Shown here one piece after another: positions 1-10,105 of a stretch of 19,682 bases of DNA. Origin of the DNA: Candidatus Hydrogenedentes bacterium CG07_land_8_20_14_0_80_42_17 (GTDB lineage Bacteria; UBA8481); NCBI GenBank assembly GCA_002780065.1, contig PEWQ01000203.1, positions 1 to 19,682 on the forward strand. Reading direction: 5' to 3'. A model generated the notes under the pieces. The model had not been told where the DNA came from and ran no database searches. It worked only from the letters and a program-made list of their open reading frames with translations. A program made the position numbers and the translations under genes. The first letter of the stretch is position 1, and each line of letters begins with the position of its first letter.

Positions 1-2272
<2,272 letters not shown>

Positions 2273-2285
2273 GGGCGAACCTATT

Positions 2286-2306
2286 GACGGTCAAACCGTT
2301 TCTTCC
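2286..2306 (+). terminator. Weak hairpin (ACGGT-caa-ACCGT) plus TTCTTCC downstream of dnaK stop
   Basis: 5-bp stem with 3-nt loop followed by a pyrimidine-rich tract. Weak as an intrinsic terminator. Confidence 0.25.
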
Positions 2307-2339
2307 GCAGAAGACTTGAAAAGAATGGACATTTATAAA

Positions 2340-2428
2340 GAACCACGAATGGACACAAATTAACTCAAATTATTTATATATTTATTTTTTAAAATTAATT
2401 CGTGAACATTAGTGTTGATTCGTGGTTC
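2340..2428 (+). repeat. MITE-like small repeat element, copy A (89 bp, 17-bp terminal inverted repeats)
   Basis: Left TIR GAACCACGAATGGACAC (2340-2356). Right TIR GTGTTGATTCGTGGTTC (2412-2428), matching 15/17 as a reverse complement. AT-rich core. About 80% identical, with indels, to the reverse complement of 6976-7069. Confidence 0.55.
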
Positions 2429-2497
2429 AAATACGTCAAAACGGAAGAAATACTTTTATAGCTTTCACTGTAAAATAAGGTTTTTTAAACGCAACTC

Positions 2498-2526
2498 TTG
2501 ACAGCTCATCGAAAACCTGCTATAAA
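2498..2526 (+). promoter_or_regulatory. Near-consensus sigma70-type promoter (TTGACA-17 nt-TATAAA)
   Basis: TTGACA at 2498-2503, an exact 17-nt spacer, TATAAA at 2521-2526. It sits 240 bp upstream of the flagellin ATG and 39 bp upstream of the small ORF. Confidence 0.5.
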
Positions 2527-2564
2527 GTAGATACAGATATAAAACAAGGATGGGAGGTGGATTC

Positions 2565-2621
2565 ATGGAAGAATGCCGCATTCAGCGGCGAGATAAATCA
2601 CGTACAATTGTAATAACATAG
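2565..2621 (+). CDS. Candidate small ORF/leader peptide (18 aa, MEECRIQRRDKSRTIVIT)
   Basis: GGAGG at 2553-2557 lies 7 nt before the ATG at 2565. TAG stop at 2619-2621. It lies immediately downstream of the strong promoter, is not in the ORF track (<60 aa), and is basic/Arg-rich. Confidence 0.3.
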   Translation: MEECRIQRRDKSRTIVIT

Positions 2622-2770
2622 GCGTTTATTATTGCTTTAACTATTTTTTATTTGGCAATTTTAACGTAAAGGCAATCGACTTTTATATTCGTATCAAATT
2701 AAATTCGATGCGATAAAAAGGATTGGATTCACCACACACAAAAAACAGGTGAAACCAGGGAGGGAAAGTC

Positions 2771-3607
2771 ATGGCTATCATTACGCGGACAAATTTGGCC
2801 GCAATTTCGGCATACAATGGTCTCGTCTCTGCGACGAAACTATTCTCGGAGTCGTCACTCAGATTATCAACAGGATTAAGGATAAATAATCCTTCGGACG
2901 ATCCTGCAGGATACGTTTTTTCCGAACGCATGAAAACAAATCTTCGTTCTCTTGAGCAAGTTCAACGTTACAACCAAACATCTCGTTCGATGGTTCAAAC
3001 GGCTTCAGACGGAATAAGTTCTATCATCGATCTATTGCAGGATATGAGACAATTAGCAGTTGCATCGGCAAATTCTACTCTAACTACCGCTGACAGAACT
3101 GCAAATCAAACGCAGTTTTCGAGTCTTAGAGATCAAATAGATTCCGTTGCGAATAACACCTTTTTCAATGCGAAAAGTCTTTTAGACGGAAGTTATGGTT
3201 CAGGTACTGCAACTCTAAAATTTCAGGTCGGAGCAGATGCAAATATGACTATAACTTTAAATATTAGTTCACTCACTGCGGCGGCGATTGGAGTCTCAAC
3301 GTTGAGCGTAGACACTCAGGACAACGCAAATACCGCTCTCACAGGACTCGACTCTGCAATAGACCTAGTCACCAACGAAGCGGCGAATGTTGCGGTAGTC
3401 GACAATAGGCTCGAGAAAGCCGGGGATTTAGTCTCAAACCAAATTGAAAATTCAACAACGGCAATAAGTGGAGTAGAGGACACTGACATTGCGGAAGAGG
3501 CTATAAAGCTAGCGTTAACATCAATACTGCGTCAAACATCATCTGCCGCGTTGGCTCAAGCAAATCTTTATCCGCAAACAGTTTTATCTGCGATATTGCC
3601 CGGCTGA
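2771..3607 (+). CDS. fliC: Flagellin (short, 278 aa; D0/D1 domains only)
   Basis: The N-terminus (LSTGLRINNPSDDPAGYVFSERMKTNLRSLEQ...DGISSIIDLLQDMRQLAVASANST) and C-terminus (VVDNRLEKAGDLVSNQIENSTTAISGVEDTDIAEE...LRQTSSAALAQANLYPQTVLSAIL) match the conserved flagellin helices. SD GGGAGGG lies 7 nt upstream. Confidence 0.9.
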   Translation: MAIITRTNLAAISAYNGLVSATKLFSESSLRLSTGLRINNPSDDPAGYVFSERMKTNLRSLEQVQRYNQTSRSMVQTASDGISSIIDLLQDMRQLAVASANSTLTTADRTANQTQFSSLRDQIDSVANNTFFNAKSLLDGSYGSGTATLKFQVGADANMTITLNISSLTAAAIGVSTLSVDTQDNANTALTGLDSAIDLVTNEAANVAVVDNRLEKAGDLVSNQIENSTTAISGVEDTDIAEEAIKLALTSILRQTSSAALAQANLYPQTVLSAILPG

Positions 3608-3662
3608 TAATTTGAGCGAGAAACGTTAAACGATTTGCACAATTGCATGAAGAGGAATAATC

Positions 3663-4172
3663 ATGTATTGTAATGGCATGTCAGAGAAGCGGCGCATTGC
3701 AGTATATCCGGGTTCGTTTGATCCGCCCACGTACGGTCACGTAGATATAATCAAGCGTTCACTTCCGCTATTTGATAAAGTAATAATCGCAGTACTCGAG
3801 AACCCTTCAAAAACAACAGCGTTATTTACTCCGAATGAGCGCGTCAACATGCTTAAAGAAATACTTACCGAAACAAATGAAACTAAATTAATCACCTTCA
3901 AAGGGCTGCTAGTCGACTGCATGTCTAACTTTGGAGCGAACGTAATAATTCGAGGGCTGAGATTCGTATCTGATTTTGAATACGAGATGCAAATGGCGCT
4001 TATGAATCACTCACTCGACGCTCGAGTCGAAACTGTTTTTATGGTTGCAAGACCGGAGCGAACATTTGTTTCCTCTTCGCTTGTAAAAGAGGTAGCAAAA
4101 TTAGGAAGAGACATTTCGCCTTTTGTTCCACCTCCGGTGGCAAAGGCTTTAAAGGAGAAATTTGCAATATGA
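3663..4172 (+). CDS. coaD: Phosphopantetheine adenylyltransferase
   Basis: [20 protein letters not shown] with a T/HxGH nucleotidyltransferase motif, about 160 aa. SD AGAGGA is present upstream. An alternative start exists at 3678 (MSEKRR). Confidence 0.9.
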   Translation: MYCNGMSEKRRIAVYPGSFDPPTYGHVDIIKRSLPLFDKVIIAVLENPSKTTALFTPNERVNMLKEILTETNETKLITFKGLLVDCMSNFGANVIIRGLRFVSDFEYEMQMALMNHSLDARVETVFMVARPERTFVSSSLVKEVAKLGRDISPFVPPPVAKALKEKFAI

Positions 4173-5155
4173 ATGTTATAGATTCTGCTAAATCGCAAGC
4201 CAAAGATACGCGATTAGTCTTTCCCGAAGGGGACGATCCAAGAATCGCCTCTGCGGCGGCTCGGGTTTCATTCGAATCTTACGCAAAAGAAGTCTTCATT
4301 ATCGGCAAGGAATCCTCAATCCGCAAAGCAACTCCAAATTCCGATTTTTCAAAAGTAAAATTTATCGATCCTGATATTTCATCCGAAGATAAAAGTCTTA
4401 TTGATTTTATTCGTTCCACAAAAAAATATTCAAACGTAGATGAAGCCGGAGCAAAAAAGATATTGAAAGAAAGACTATTTTTAGGAGCGGCAATGGTTGC
4501 AGAGGGCAGAGCTGACGGAGCTGTTTCAGGAGCGGCTTCTACAACTGCAGATGTGCTCCGTGCAGCGCTACGGGTCATTGGGATGCAGTCCGGCATATCT
4601 ACTATTTCGTCCATATTCTTCATGACTCTTCCAGACAAAAGATGGGGCGAAGAAGGAACTATGGGATTTGCAGATTGCGGAGTAGTTCCAAATCCTTCAC
4701 CGAAACAGCTTGCCGCAATAGCAATATCTTCAGCAGATACATTTCGAAAAATACTTGGCAGAGAGCCCAGAGTCGCAATGCTTTCTTTCTCAACAAAAGG
4801 TTCCGCTCAGCATCAAGACGTAACAAAAGTAATCGAAGCCACCGAAACAATTCGCCAGATGCGTCCTGACATTCAAGTCGACGGTGAACTTCAGGCTGAT
4901 GCGGCTCTAATTCCCGGAATTGGCGAGCGCAAAGCTCCGGGGTCTTCAGTCGCGGGTCGAGCAAACATTTTGGTTTTTCCTGATCTTGACGCCGGAAATA
5001 TAGCTTACAAACTTGTGGAACGGCTCGCCGGAGCAACAGCGCTCGGTCCAATCGTACAGGGACTTTCAAAGCCGATGAGCGATCTCTCGCGAGGCTGTAG
5101 CGCAGACGATATTGTCGGGGTTGCGGCAGTGACAGCCGCTCTGGCAAGAATATGA
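4169..5155 (+). CDS. pta: Phosphate acetyltransferase (Pta, short class)
   Basis: 328 aa with Pta/PtaB-family motifs ([12 protein letters not shown], GxAxTTAD, LxxGxSKPxxDLSRGCSxxDIV). ATGA start/stop overlap with coaD. Confidence 0.9.
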   Translation: MNVIDSAKSQAKDTRLVFPEGDDPRIASAAARVSFESYAKEVFIIGKESSIRKATPNSDFSKVKFIDPDISSEDKSLIDFIRSTKKYSNVDEAGAKKILKERLFLGAAMVAEGRADGAVSGAASTTADVLRAALRVIGMQSGISTISSIFFMTLPDKRWGEEGTMGFADCGVVPNPSPKQLAAIAISSADTFRKILGREPRVAMLSFSTKGSAQHQDVTKVIEATETIRQMRPDIQVDGELQADAALIPGIGERKAPGSSVAGRANILVFPDLDAGNIAYKLVERLAGATALGPIVQGLSKPMSDLSRGCSADDIVGVAAVTAALARI

Positions 5156-5511
5156 TATTTAAATACAAAGCGCGCGATCCAATGGGTCGCTATGTTGATG
5201 GCGAAATGGATGTTGATACTCCGGAAAGACTGAAAAGCGAACTTGAAGGAAGAGCTCTAAAAATAATTTGGTATGAGCAATCACAGTCACAGTCGAACCA
5301 AAATAATTTTCACTTTGTAAATAACACAAGCTCAACTCCGTTTCCCGAGCATTTTCAAAAGCCTCTCGAATTCGAAGATGAAAAATATGAGAAAGAAGAT
5401 GTAACCGAACAAGCTAAAGCTCAGCAAAAAAATAAAGGTTGTTCCATGAGTTTCGGAGTAATTCTATTTATCATTTATGTCATCTATCAGATAATGCAGA
5501 TGTTCAAATAA
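5152..5511 (+). CDS. Hypothetical tail-anchored small protein (acidic/low-complexity N-domain, C-terminal TM helix)
   Basis: ATGA overlap with the pta stop implies translational coupling. [10 protein letters not shown] low-complexity stretch. C-terminal hydrophobic segment [15 protein letters not shown]. No recognisable family. Confidence 0.45.
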   Translation: MIFKYKARDPMGRYVDGEMDVDTPERLKSELEGRALKIIWYEQSQSQSNQNNFHFVNNTSSTPFPEHFQKPLEFEDEKYEKEDVTEQAKAQQKNKGCSMSFGVILFIIYVIYQIMQMFK

Positions 5512-5526
5512 AATAGGAGGTGCAGT

Positions 5527-6378
5527 ATGGCAAGAGTAATAGACATAGACACAAGAAATCTTGAATTGGGATCGGTAATGAAGCTCTTTCTATCTTTATT
5601 CGTTATTCTTCTTTTATTCGTAGTAAGTTGCAGTTCTTTCCATATCGTTCCCGCAGGGCATAAAGGAGTTAAATTCAATATCATTAAAGGAATTATTATG
5701 ACGTCTCTCGACGAAGGAATCGTATTCAAAGTTCCAATGGTCGAGACAATATACGACATAGATGTGAGAATAGACAAAGTCGAACCTCATTGTTCTGCGG
5801 CTTCAAAAGATATGCAGACTGTTGGGACAACTGTAGCTCTGAATTTCAGACCTGATCCAGGAAAAGTGCACGAATTATATCAATCGATAGGCATGTCATA
5901 TCGTGAGCGCATAGTGGATCCAGCAGTTCAAGAGGCAGTAAAAGCAGTCACTGCTCTTTACACAGCCGAAGAGCTGATAGCTAAACGCGAAGAGATAAAA
6001 GAGAAGATTCAATCTTCACTAACAAATAAATTAAAGCAGGAAAACATAATAGTAATAGCTTTGAACATAACCGATTTTCAGTTCTCACAATCGTTTAATT
6101 CTGCGATTGAGGAGAAGCAGAATGCCGAGCAGCATGCATTGAAGGCGAAACGCGATCTTGAGCGAATTAAGATCGAAGCTGAGCAGAGAATTACTCAGGC
6201 GAAAGCTGAAGCTGAGGCTCAGAGACTTTTGGCCGGATCGATTACACCACAAGTTATTGAACTAAGAAAAATTGACGCTATTCAGGAATCAATCCGCAAG
6301 TGGGACGGAAAGATGCCTCAGGTTTCGGGTGGAGCTCTTCCCTTCTGGGATATAATAAGAGGCACCGTTCAAAAGTGA
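5527..6378 (+). CDS. SPFH/band-7 (prohibitin/HflC-like) membrane protein
   Basis: N-terminal TM/lipobox-like segment (LLFVVSCSS). HIVPAGHKGVKF...GL.F.PD start of the SPFH fold. Ala/Glu-rich coiled-coil C-terminus. Perfect SD AGGAGGTG 7 nt upstream. Confidence 0.85.
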   Translation: MARVIDIDTRNLELGSVMKLFLSLFVILLLFVVSCSSFHIVPAGHKGVKFNIIKGIIMTSLDEGIVFKVPMVETIYDIDVRIDKVEPHCSAASKDMQTVGTTVALNFRPDPGKVHELYQSIGMSYRERIVDPAVQEAVKAVTALYTAEELIAKREEIKEKIQSSLTNKLKQENIIVIALNITDFQFSQSFNSAIEEKQNAEQHALKAKRDLERIKIEAEQRITQAKAEAEAQRLLAGSITPQVIELRKIDAIQESIRKWDGKMPQVSGGALPFWDIIRGTVQK

Positions 6379-6947
6379 GAGTAATAAATCTGTCCATAGA
6401 TCACCTCTTGGTGTTGCTCATTATTTCATGGGTATTGATTCTTATTCTGCTCATAAGCAATTTATTCACTTTATTTTTTCAGAAAAAAAAGTCGTTTAGA
6501 TATCCTATCAGACCTTTAGAGGAAGCTCATCGCGGATTGACAAGAATGGTTGAAGAAGCAGACTGGCTTGAAGGTGAAAAGTTGATTCTTGCAGTCCGGC
6601 ATGTTGCTATTGCGAAAGAGGCGATAGATCGAGCTGCAGAAGCATGCGGTAAATCCAACCTCGGAATATTCCAAACTCCAACTCCTTTGAAGCATGTGCT
6701 GGAAGAGGGCTCTGAAATTCTCGGTGGAGCTTCTTCCGTTCTCACTTTCAACTGCACTGATTGCGGCCAGCAAATGTCCGCAATGATAAACTTTCCAAAA
6801 ACCGGAGGCAGGCCGGAAAGCGATTCCTCAGTCGTCATTTCAGCCACATCCGAGTGGCGAACAACAGGCTTCACAGCATCGATTCCTTGCAAGAGATGCA
6901 AAAAACTTCTTTCAAAAAAATATCTCTACGATTCATTACCGGTGTAG
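6375..6947 (+). CDS. Hypothetical membrane-anchored protein with C-terminal C4 zinc ribbon (CTDC...CKRC)
   Basis: The ORF track gives 6300..6947. The preferred start is GTG 6375, overlapping the SPFH stop (GTGA). It begins with a TM helix (LLVLLIISWVLILILLISNLF). The soluble domain has CxxC-x40-CxxC. No family recognised. Confidence 0.5.
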   Translation: MRVINLSIDHLLVLLIISWVLILILLISNLFTLFFQKKKSFRYPIRPLEEAHRGLTRMVEEADWLEGEKLILAVRHVAIAKEAIDRAAEACGKSNLGIFQTPTPLKHVLEEGSEILGGASSVLTFNCTDCGQQMSAMINFPKTGGRPESDSSVVISATSEWRTTGFTASIPCKRCKKLLSKKYLYDSLPV

Positions 6948-6973
6948 TCATCTCAACACCTTTCTATTTTTTT
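6941..6973 (+). terminator. Rho-independent terminator candidate (GGTGT-N10-ACACC plus TTTCTATTTTTTT)
   Basis: 5-bp GC-containing stem overlapping the TAG stop, followed by a 13-nt T-rich run. It ends the coaD-to-zinc-ribbon block. Confidence 0.45.
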
Positions 6974-6975
6974 AA

Positions 6976-7069
6976 CCGCTAACAGACACTAATGTTCACT
7001 AATAAATTTTTAAAAAATAATTTGGGTTTATTAGTGGTTTTAGTATTTATCTGTGTTCATTCGTGGTTT
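6976..7069 (-). repeat. MITE-like small repeat element, copy B (inverted relative to copy A; one TIR eroded)
   Basis: GTGTTCATTCGTGGTTT (7053-7069) matches the reverse complement of the copy-A left TIR at 15/17. CACTAATGTTCAC (6987-6999) matches the reverse complement of the copy-A internal segment GTGAACATTAGTG. Internal 10-bp hairpin CACTAATAAA/TTTATTAGTG. Confidence 0.5.
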
Positions 7070-7837
7070 TCTTTTTGATATTGCCAAATGAGTCGGTCTT
7101 CTGCTCGGCAGAGACTTTTTTGACCACGGACATGCAAGAAGACATTCATCGCAACCAAATATCCTGTTTCCCACAATTATTTTCTCTTCTTCTGAAAGTT
7201 CCGATTTTTTTTCGATAGTCATCCATGAAATGCATCTTCTCACATCAAGCCCGAATTCATCCAGAGCTGATGTCGGACATCGATCTATGCAAAGTCTGCA
7301 GTTTCCGCAATTCAAATTACTCTTCTTTTCATCAGCAGGCAATTCCAAATCTGTAAGAACCAATCCAAGAAGAACAAAGGGTCCAAATTTTTCAGAAACA
7401 AAAATTTTGTTTTTGCCTATAAAACCAAGACCAGCCTCTTTTGCCCACGCTTTTTCGAATATTGCAGACGTATCGACACAAGTCTTTGCTCGGCCTCCGA
7501 CAGTGTTTATCTCCTTCAACAATCCAGAGAGCATTGCAGAAATAGCAGCATGATAATCATCTCCATCTGCAAACGCCGAGTATCTCTTCTCATCTGCATT
7601 CCATTCAAGAGGATGATATGGTTTTACTGCTACAATAATTGTTCTAACCCATTCAGGCGGTGTGCCTCTGCGTTCAAAATTTCTAGCAAGCCAATTCATA
7701 TCAGCATATCTTTCTTTGCTAATCCAGTCAGCCATAAATTCGATGTCTTGATTTAAAACTCTGCTTCTTGCAAAACCAATCTCGCCAAAGCCCGCGGTAA
7801 GCCCCGCAATCACAATTCGTTCTTTAAGTTTCTCCAT
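7040..7837 (-). CDS. queG: Epoxyqueuosine reductase QueG (short form, two 4Fe-4S clusters)
   Basis: VDTSAIFEKAWAKEAGLGFIGKNKIFV, CGNCRLCIDRCPTSAL, RCISWMTIEKK, GCDECLLACPW. The start is taken as ATG 7835-7837 (MEKLKERIV). The ORF track extends to a TTG at 7972 with no SD. The last 12 codons and the stop lie inside repeat copy B. Confidence 0.8.
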   Translation of the reverse strand: MEKLKERIVIAGLTAGFGEIGFARSRVLNQDIEFMADWISKERYADMNWLARNFERRGTPPEWVRTIIVAVKPYHPLEWNADEKRYSAFADGDDYHAAISAMLSGLLKEINTVGGRAKTCVDTSAIFEKAWAKEAGLGFIGKNKIFVSEKFGPFVLLGLVLTDLELPADEKKSNLNCGNCRLCIDRCPTSALDEFGLDVRRCISWMTIEKKSELSEEEKIIVGNRIFGCDECLLACPWSKKSLPSRRPTHLAISKRKPRMNTDKY

Positions 7838-7871
7838 TTTCAATTCTCTCGAACTAATGTAGCCTATATCC

Positions 7872-8396
7872 ATGGACGAATTCTTCAAGGAACTTCTCAG
7901 CACTTCGAAGACTGTTCTCTTAGGAAGAACAGATATAGCTGTCGAACGTTTGATCGGACAATCTCCGCTCAAACTTCTCGCATTTGAAGCCGTAATAGGA
8001 ATAATAACCGGAATTCACATGTCAATTCAGTCAGCTTCGCCAATGAAGCTGATCGGAGTGCCTCTCTTTTTGATCTCAATAACCATATTGTGGGCATTTC
8101 TCTTTGCAATCTTCGGCGAGGTATGCCGAGATAACATGATTGAATTGTATTCTCTGTTTATAGGCTCATCTTTATTTCTCTCGCCCGTAGTAATTCCAAT
8201 ACTCGGTCCTATACTGGTGCAAGCGCTTTTTATCGGATGGCCATTTGTTCTAGCGCGATTCATCTCATGCCGAATGAAAAAATCTCCAGGTAAAATATTT
8301 ATTCAGCTCACGCTCCCGATAATTATTTTTTGGGGAGCATTAATACTAATTTTTTATGTTGCAGGTAAATTTTTGTTTAATGTTTTCTTAGCATAA
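7872..8396 (+). CDS. Hypothetical multipass membrane protein (Yip1-like hydrophobic profile)
   Basis: 174 aa with 4-5 predicted TM helices. No SD at any candidate start. Stop lies 10 nt before the next gene's ATG. Confidence 0.45.
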   Translation: MDEFFKELLSTSKTVLLGRTDIAVERLIGQSPLKLLAFEAVIGIITGIHMSIQSASPMKLIGVPLFLISITILWAFLFAIFGEVCRDNMIELYSLFIGSSLFLSPVVIPILGPILVQALFIGWPFVLARFISCRMKKSPGKIFIQLTLPIIIFWGALILIFYVAGKFLFNVFLA

Positions 8397-8406
8397 GGAG
8401 GAAAAG

Positions 8407-9039
8407 ATGGCGTCAAAAAGTAAAATAAGTTCAAAAAAACCGGCAAGCAAAACTATCGAGTGGAGTGAAATAGAGCTAGTAAAACGTCATCCCTCGATCT
8501 TTACAAGAGACAATTCCGCTTTACTGATGATCGATATGCAGGAGCGTCTCATTCCCGCAATGTCAAACAGATACGAACTAATAAAAAATTCAGAATTGAT
8601 TTTGCAAATTGCAAATCTTGTCGAATTGCCGATCATTGTGACTGAACAATATCCAAAAGGGCTTGGGAAAACTGTCGAAAAATTTAACGAGTTGACAAAA
8701 GCCGCAACTTTTTTTGAAAAAACATCTTTTTCCGCCGTCGGTGAAAAGAACTTCACGAGTTTTATAGAAGAAAATCACTTTAAAAAAATCGCAATCATCG
8801 GAATTGAAACTCATGTATGTATATTGCAAACCGCATTGGACTTAAAGATACGAAATATCGAAGTCACTGTCGTAGCGGATGCCGTTGCTTCGAGAAGAGA
8901 TGAAAACAAAAAGATCGCACTTGAAAAGATGAAGCAGGCTGGAGTCTGGCTTGCTACTGCAGAATCTTTGATATTTGATCTATTAGAGAAATCAGGCTCA
9001 GATGAATTTAAAAAAGCTCATGAATTAGTCATGAAATAA
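8407..9039 (+). CDS. Isochorismatase-family cysteine hydrolase
   Basis: ALLMIDMQ, IAIIGIETHVCILQTALDL (catalytic Cys in the ETHVC context), about 180-aa core plus a Lys/Ser-rich N-tail. SD AAGGAGG. Confidence 0.85.
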   Translation: MASKSKISSKKPASKTIEWSEIELVKRHPSIFTRDNSALLMIDMQERLIPAMSNRYELIKNSELILQIANLVELPIIVTEQYPKGLGKTVEKFNELTKAATFFEKTSFSAVGEKNFTSFIEENHFKKIAIIGIETHVCILQTALDLKIRNIEVTVVADAVASRRDENKKIALEKMKQAGVWLATAESLIFDLLEKSGSDEFKKAHELVMK

Positions 9040-9151
9040 GATGTATAAATTTTTAATAAAATCGAAAAGAGGCAAGGGCTGACCAAAAAGCAGTATTTTG
9101 TCATTGCGAGGCGCGGACTCGCAGAGTCATCGCGGCTACCGTTTTTCGATT

Positions 9152-10105
9152 TCACATTTCTTCCACTTTTTTCACAGCAGAGAGAACTTCATCTACAGTA
9201 ATTTTTCCTATACACCACTGGGAAGGATATTTACATTCGTCTTGCCATCCAAAGCCGCATTTGCAAGTCGAAGAGACTATAACAGCACGGCTACTATAGG
9301 GTCTCCAGCGAGCATAATTTGACGGCCCAAATAGAGCAACTACTCTACAGCCGGCGGCGGCCGCAAAATGCATTGGTCCGGAATCACTGCCGATAAATAT
9401 CGAGACTGCTCCAAAGAGATTTGGTAAATCTTCAGGGCGGCATCCTTCAATGCTCGGAAATTCTTTAAACTCTTCATGAACTTTATCGCCGGGTCCATAC
9501 AATAAATGCACGTCATATCCATTTGCTCGAAGAGCCTTCGCGACCTTCAAAAATTTTTCAGACGGCCATATCTTCGATGCAAATCTGCCGCCGGCATGAA
9601 TTATCGCCGGTCTTTTACCAAAACGTTTTTTCCATCGTGAAATTTTCTCTTCGTCGCGGCGAAGCTCGATTGAAAACTCTTTCGGAGGTTCTATTCCCAT
9701 TCCTCTCAATAATTCCAGATTCGACTCGACTGTGTGGCGAGAAGCATCTAGATCCAAAATCTTATTCGTATAGACAAAATCAAAACGTCGCCCTGCAAAT
9801 CCTATTACCTTTCCCTTTGAAGCGATTCGCGCAATAAAACTCGCAGAAGGAGATCCGTGAAGATCAAATGCCACATCATATTTTCTAAATATCTTTTTGA
9901 ATAAAAGAATCCTTCCTATGTTCGAGCAAGGTCTCACAAGTTCATCGCTCACTCCAATAAAATTCCGAGTAGTATCTTTGAACTGTTCATCTACAAGATA
10001 ATCTATTTTAACAGACGGTAAATTTCGTGAAAGTTCCTTTGCAATAATCGAAGACAATAAAATATCACCAAGCGATTTCAGCCTAACTAAAAGTATCGAG
10101 AGCAA
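9152..10105 (-). CDS. Glycosyltransferase family 9 (ADP-heptose:LPS heptosyltransferase-like)
   Basis: MLSILLVRLKSLGDIL N-terminus, GSDSGPMHFAAAAG near the C-terminus. TTG start is forced (in-frame TAA 3 codons upstream, no ATG until residue about 125). AGGT lies 8 nt upstream. Confidence 0.85.
   Translation of the reverse strand: MLSILLVRLKSLGDILLSSIIAKELSRNLPSVKIDYLVDEQFKDTTRNFIGVSDELVRPCSNIGRILLFKKIFRKYDVAFDLHGSPSASFIARIASKGKVIGFAGRRFDFVYTNKILDLDASRHTVESNLELLRGMGIEPPKEFSIELRRDEEKISRWKKRFGKRPAIIHAGGRFASKIWPSEKFLKVAKALRANGYDVHLLYGPGDKVHEEFKEFPSIEGCRPEDLPNLFGAVSIFIGSDSGPMHFAAAAGCRVVALFGPSNYARWRPYSSRAVIVSSTCKCGFGWQDECKYPSQWCIGKITVDEVLSAVKKVEEM

Noticed and set aside
2418-2432. tRNA T-loop-like GGTTCAAAT
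   Set aside because: It is part of the right TIR of the repeat element. No acceptor stem, D-arm or anticodon arm can be built around it.
2693-2716. Sigma28 (FliA)-type promoter upstream of flagellin (-10-like TGCGATAA)
   Set aside because: The -10 matches GCCGATAA at only 6/8. No TAAA -35 sits at the required 14-16 nt spacing (nearest is TCAAA at 10 nt). Kept only as a remark inside the flagellin finding.
2683-2931. 82-aa minus-strand ORF spanning the flagellin start
   Set aside because: It lies antisense to a strongly supported flagellin N-terminus and its SD, with no SD of its own. Typical spurious antisense ORF.
4659-5168. 169-aa minus-strand ORF and other antisense ORFs (1320-1529, 3737-3922, 4279-4638, 6527-6901, 7230-7756, 8027-8263, 8487-8829, 9523-9837, 10191-10652, 12322-12666, 13055-14167, 15493-15930)
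   Set aside because: All lie inside or antisense to well-supported genes. They are Arg/Leu/Ser-rich, as expected from reverse frames, and lack SD sequences.
6300-6374. ATG 6300 start for the zinc-ribbon membrane protein
   Set aside because: It overlaps the SPFH gene by 79 nt with no SD. GTG 6375 overlapping the SPFH stop (GTGA) begins exactly at the TM helix and is preferred.
9106-9122. GCGAG-N7-CTCGC hairpin between convergent isochorismatase and GT9 genes as a bidirectional terminator
   Set aside because: The 5-bp stem has no adjacent U-run on either strand (nearest T5 is 20 nt away). Too weak to call.
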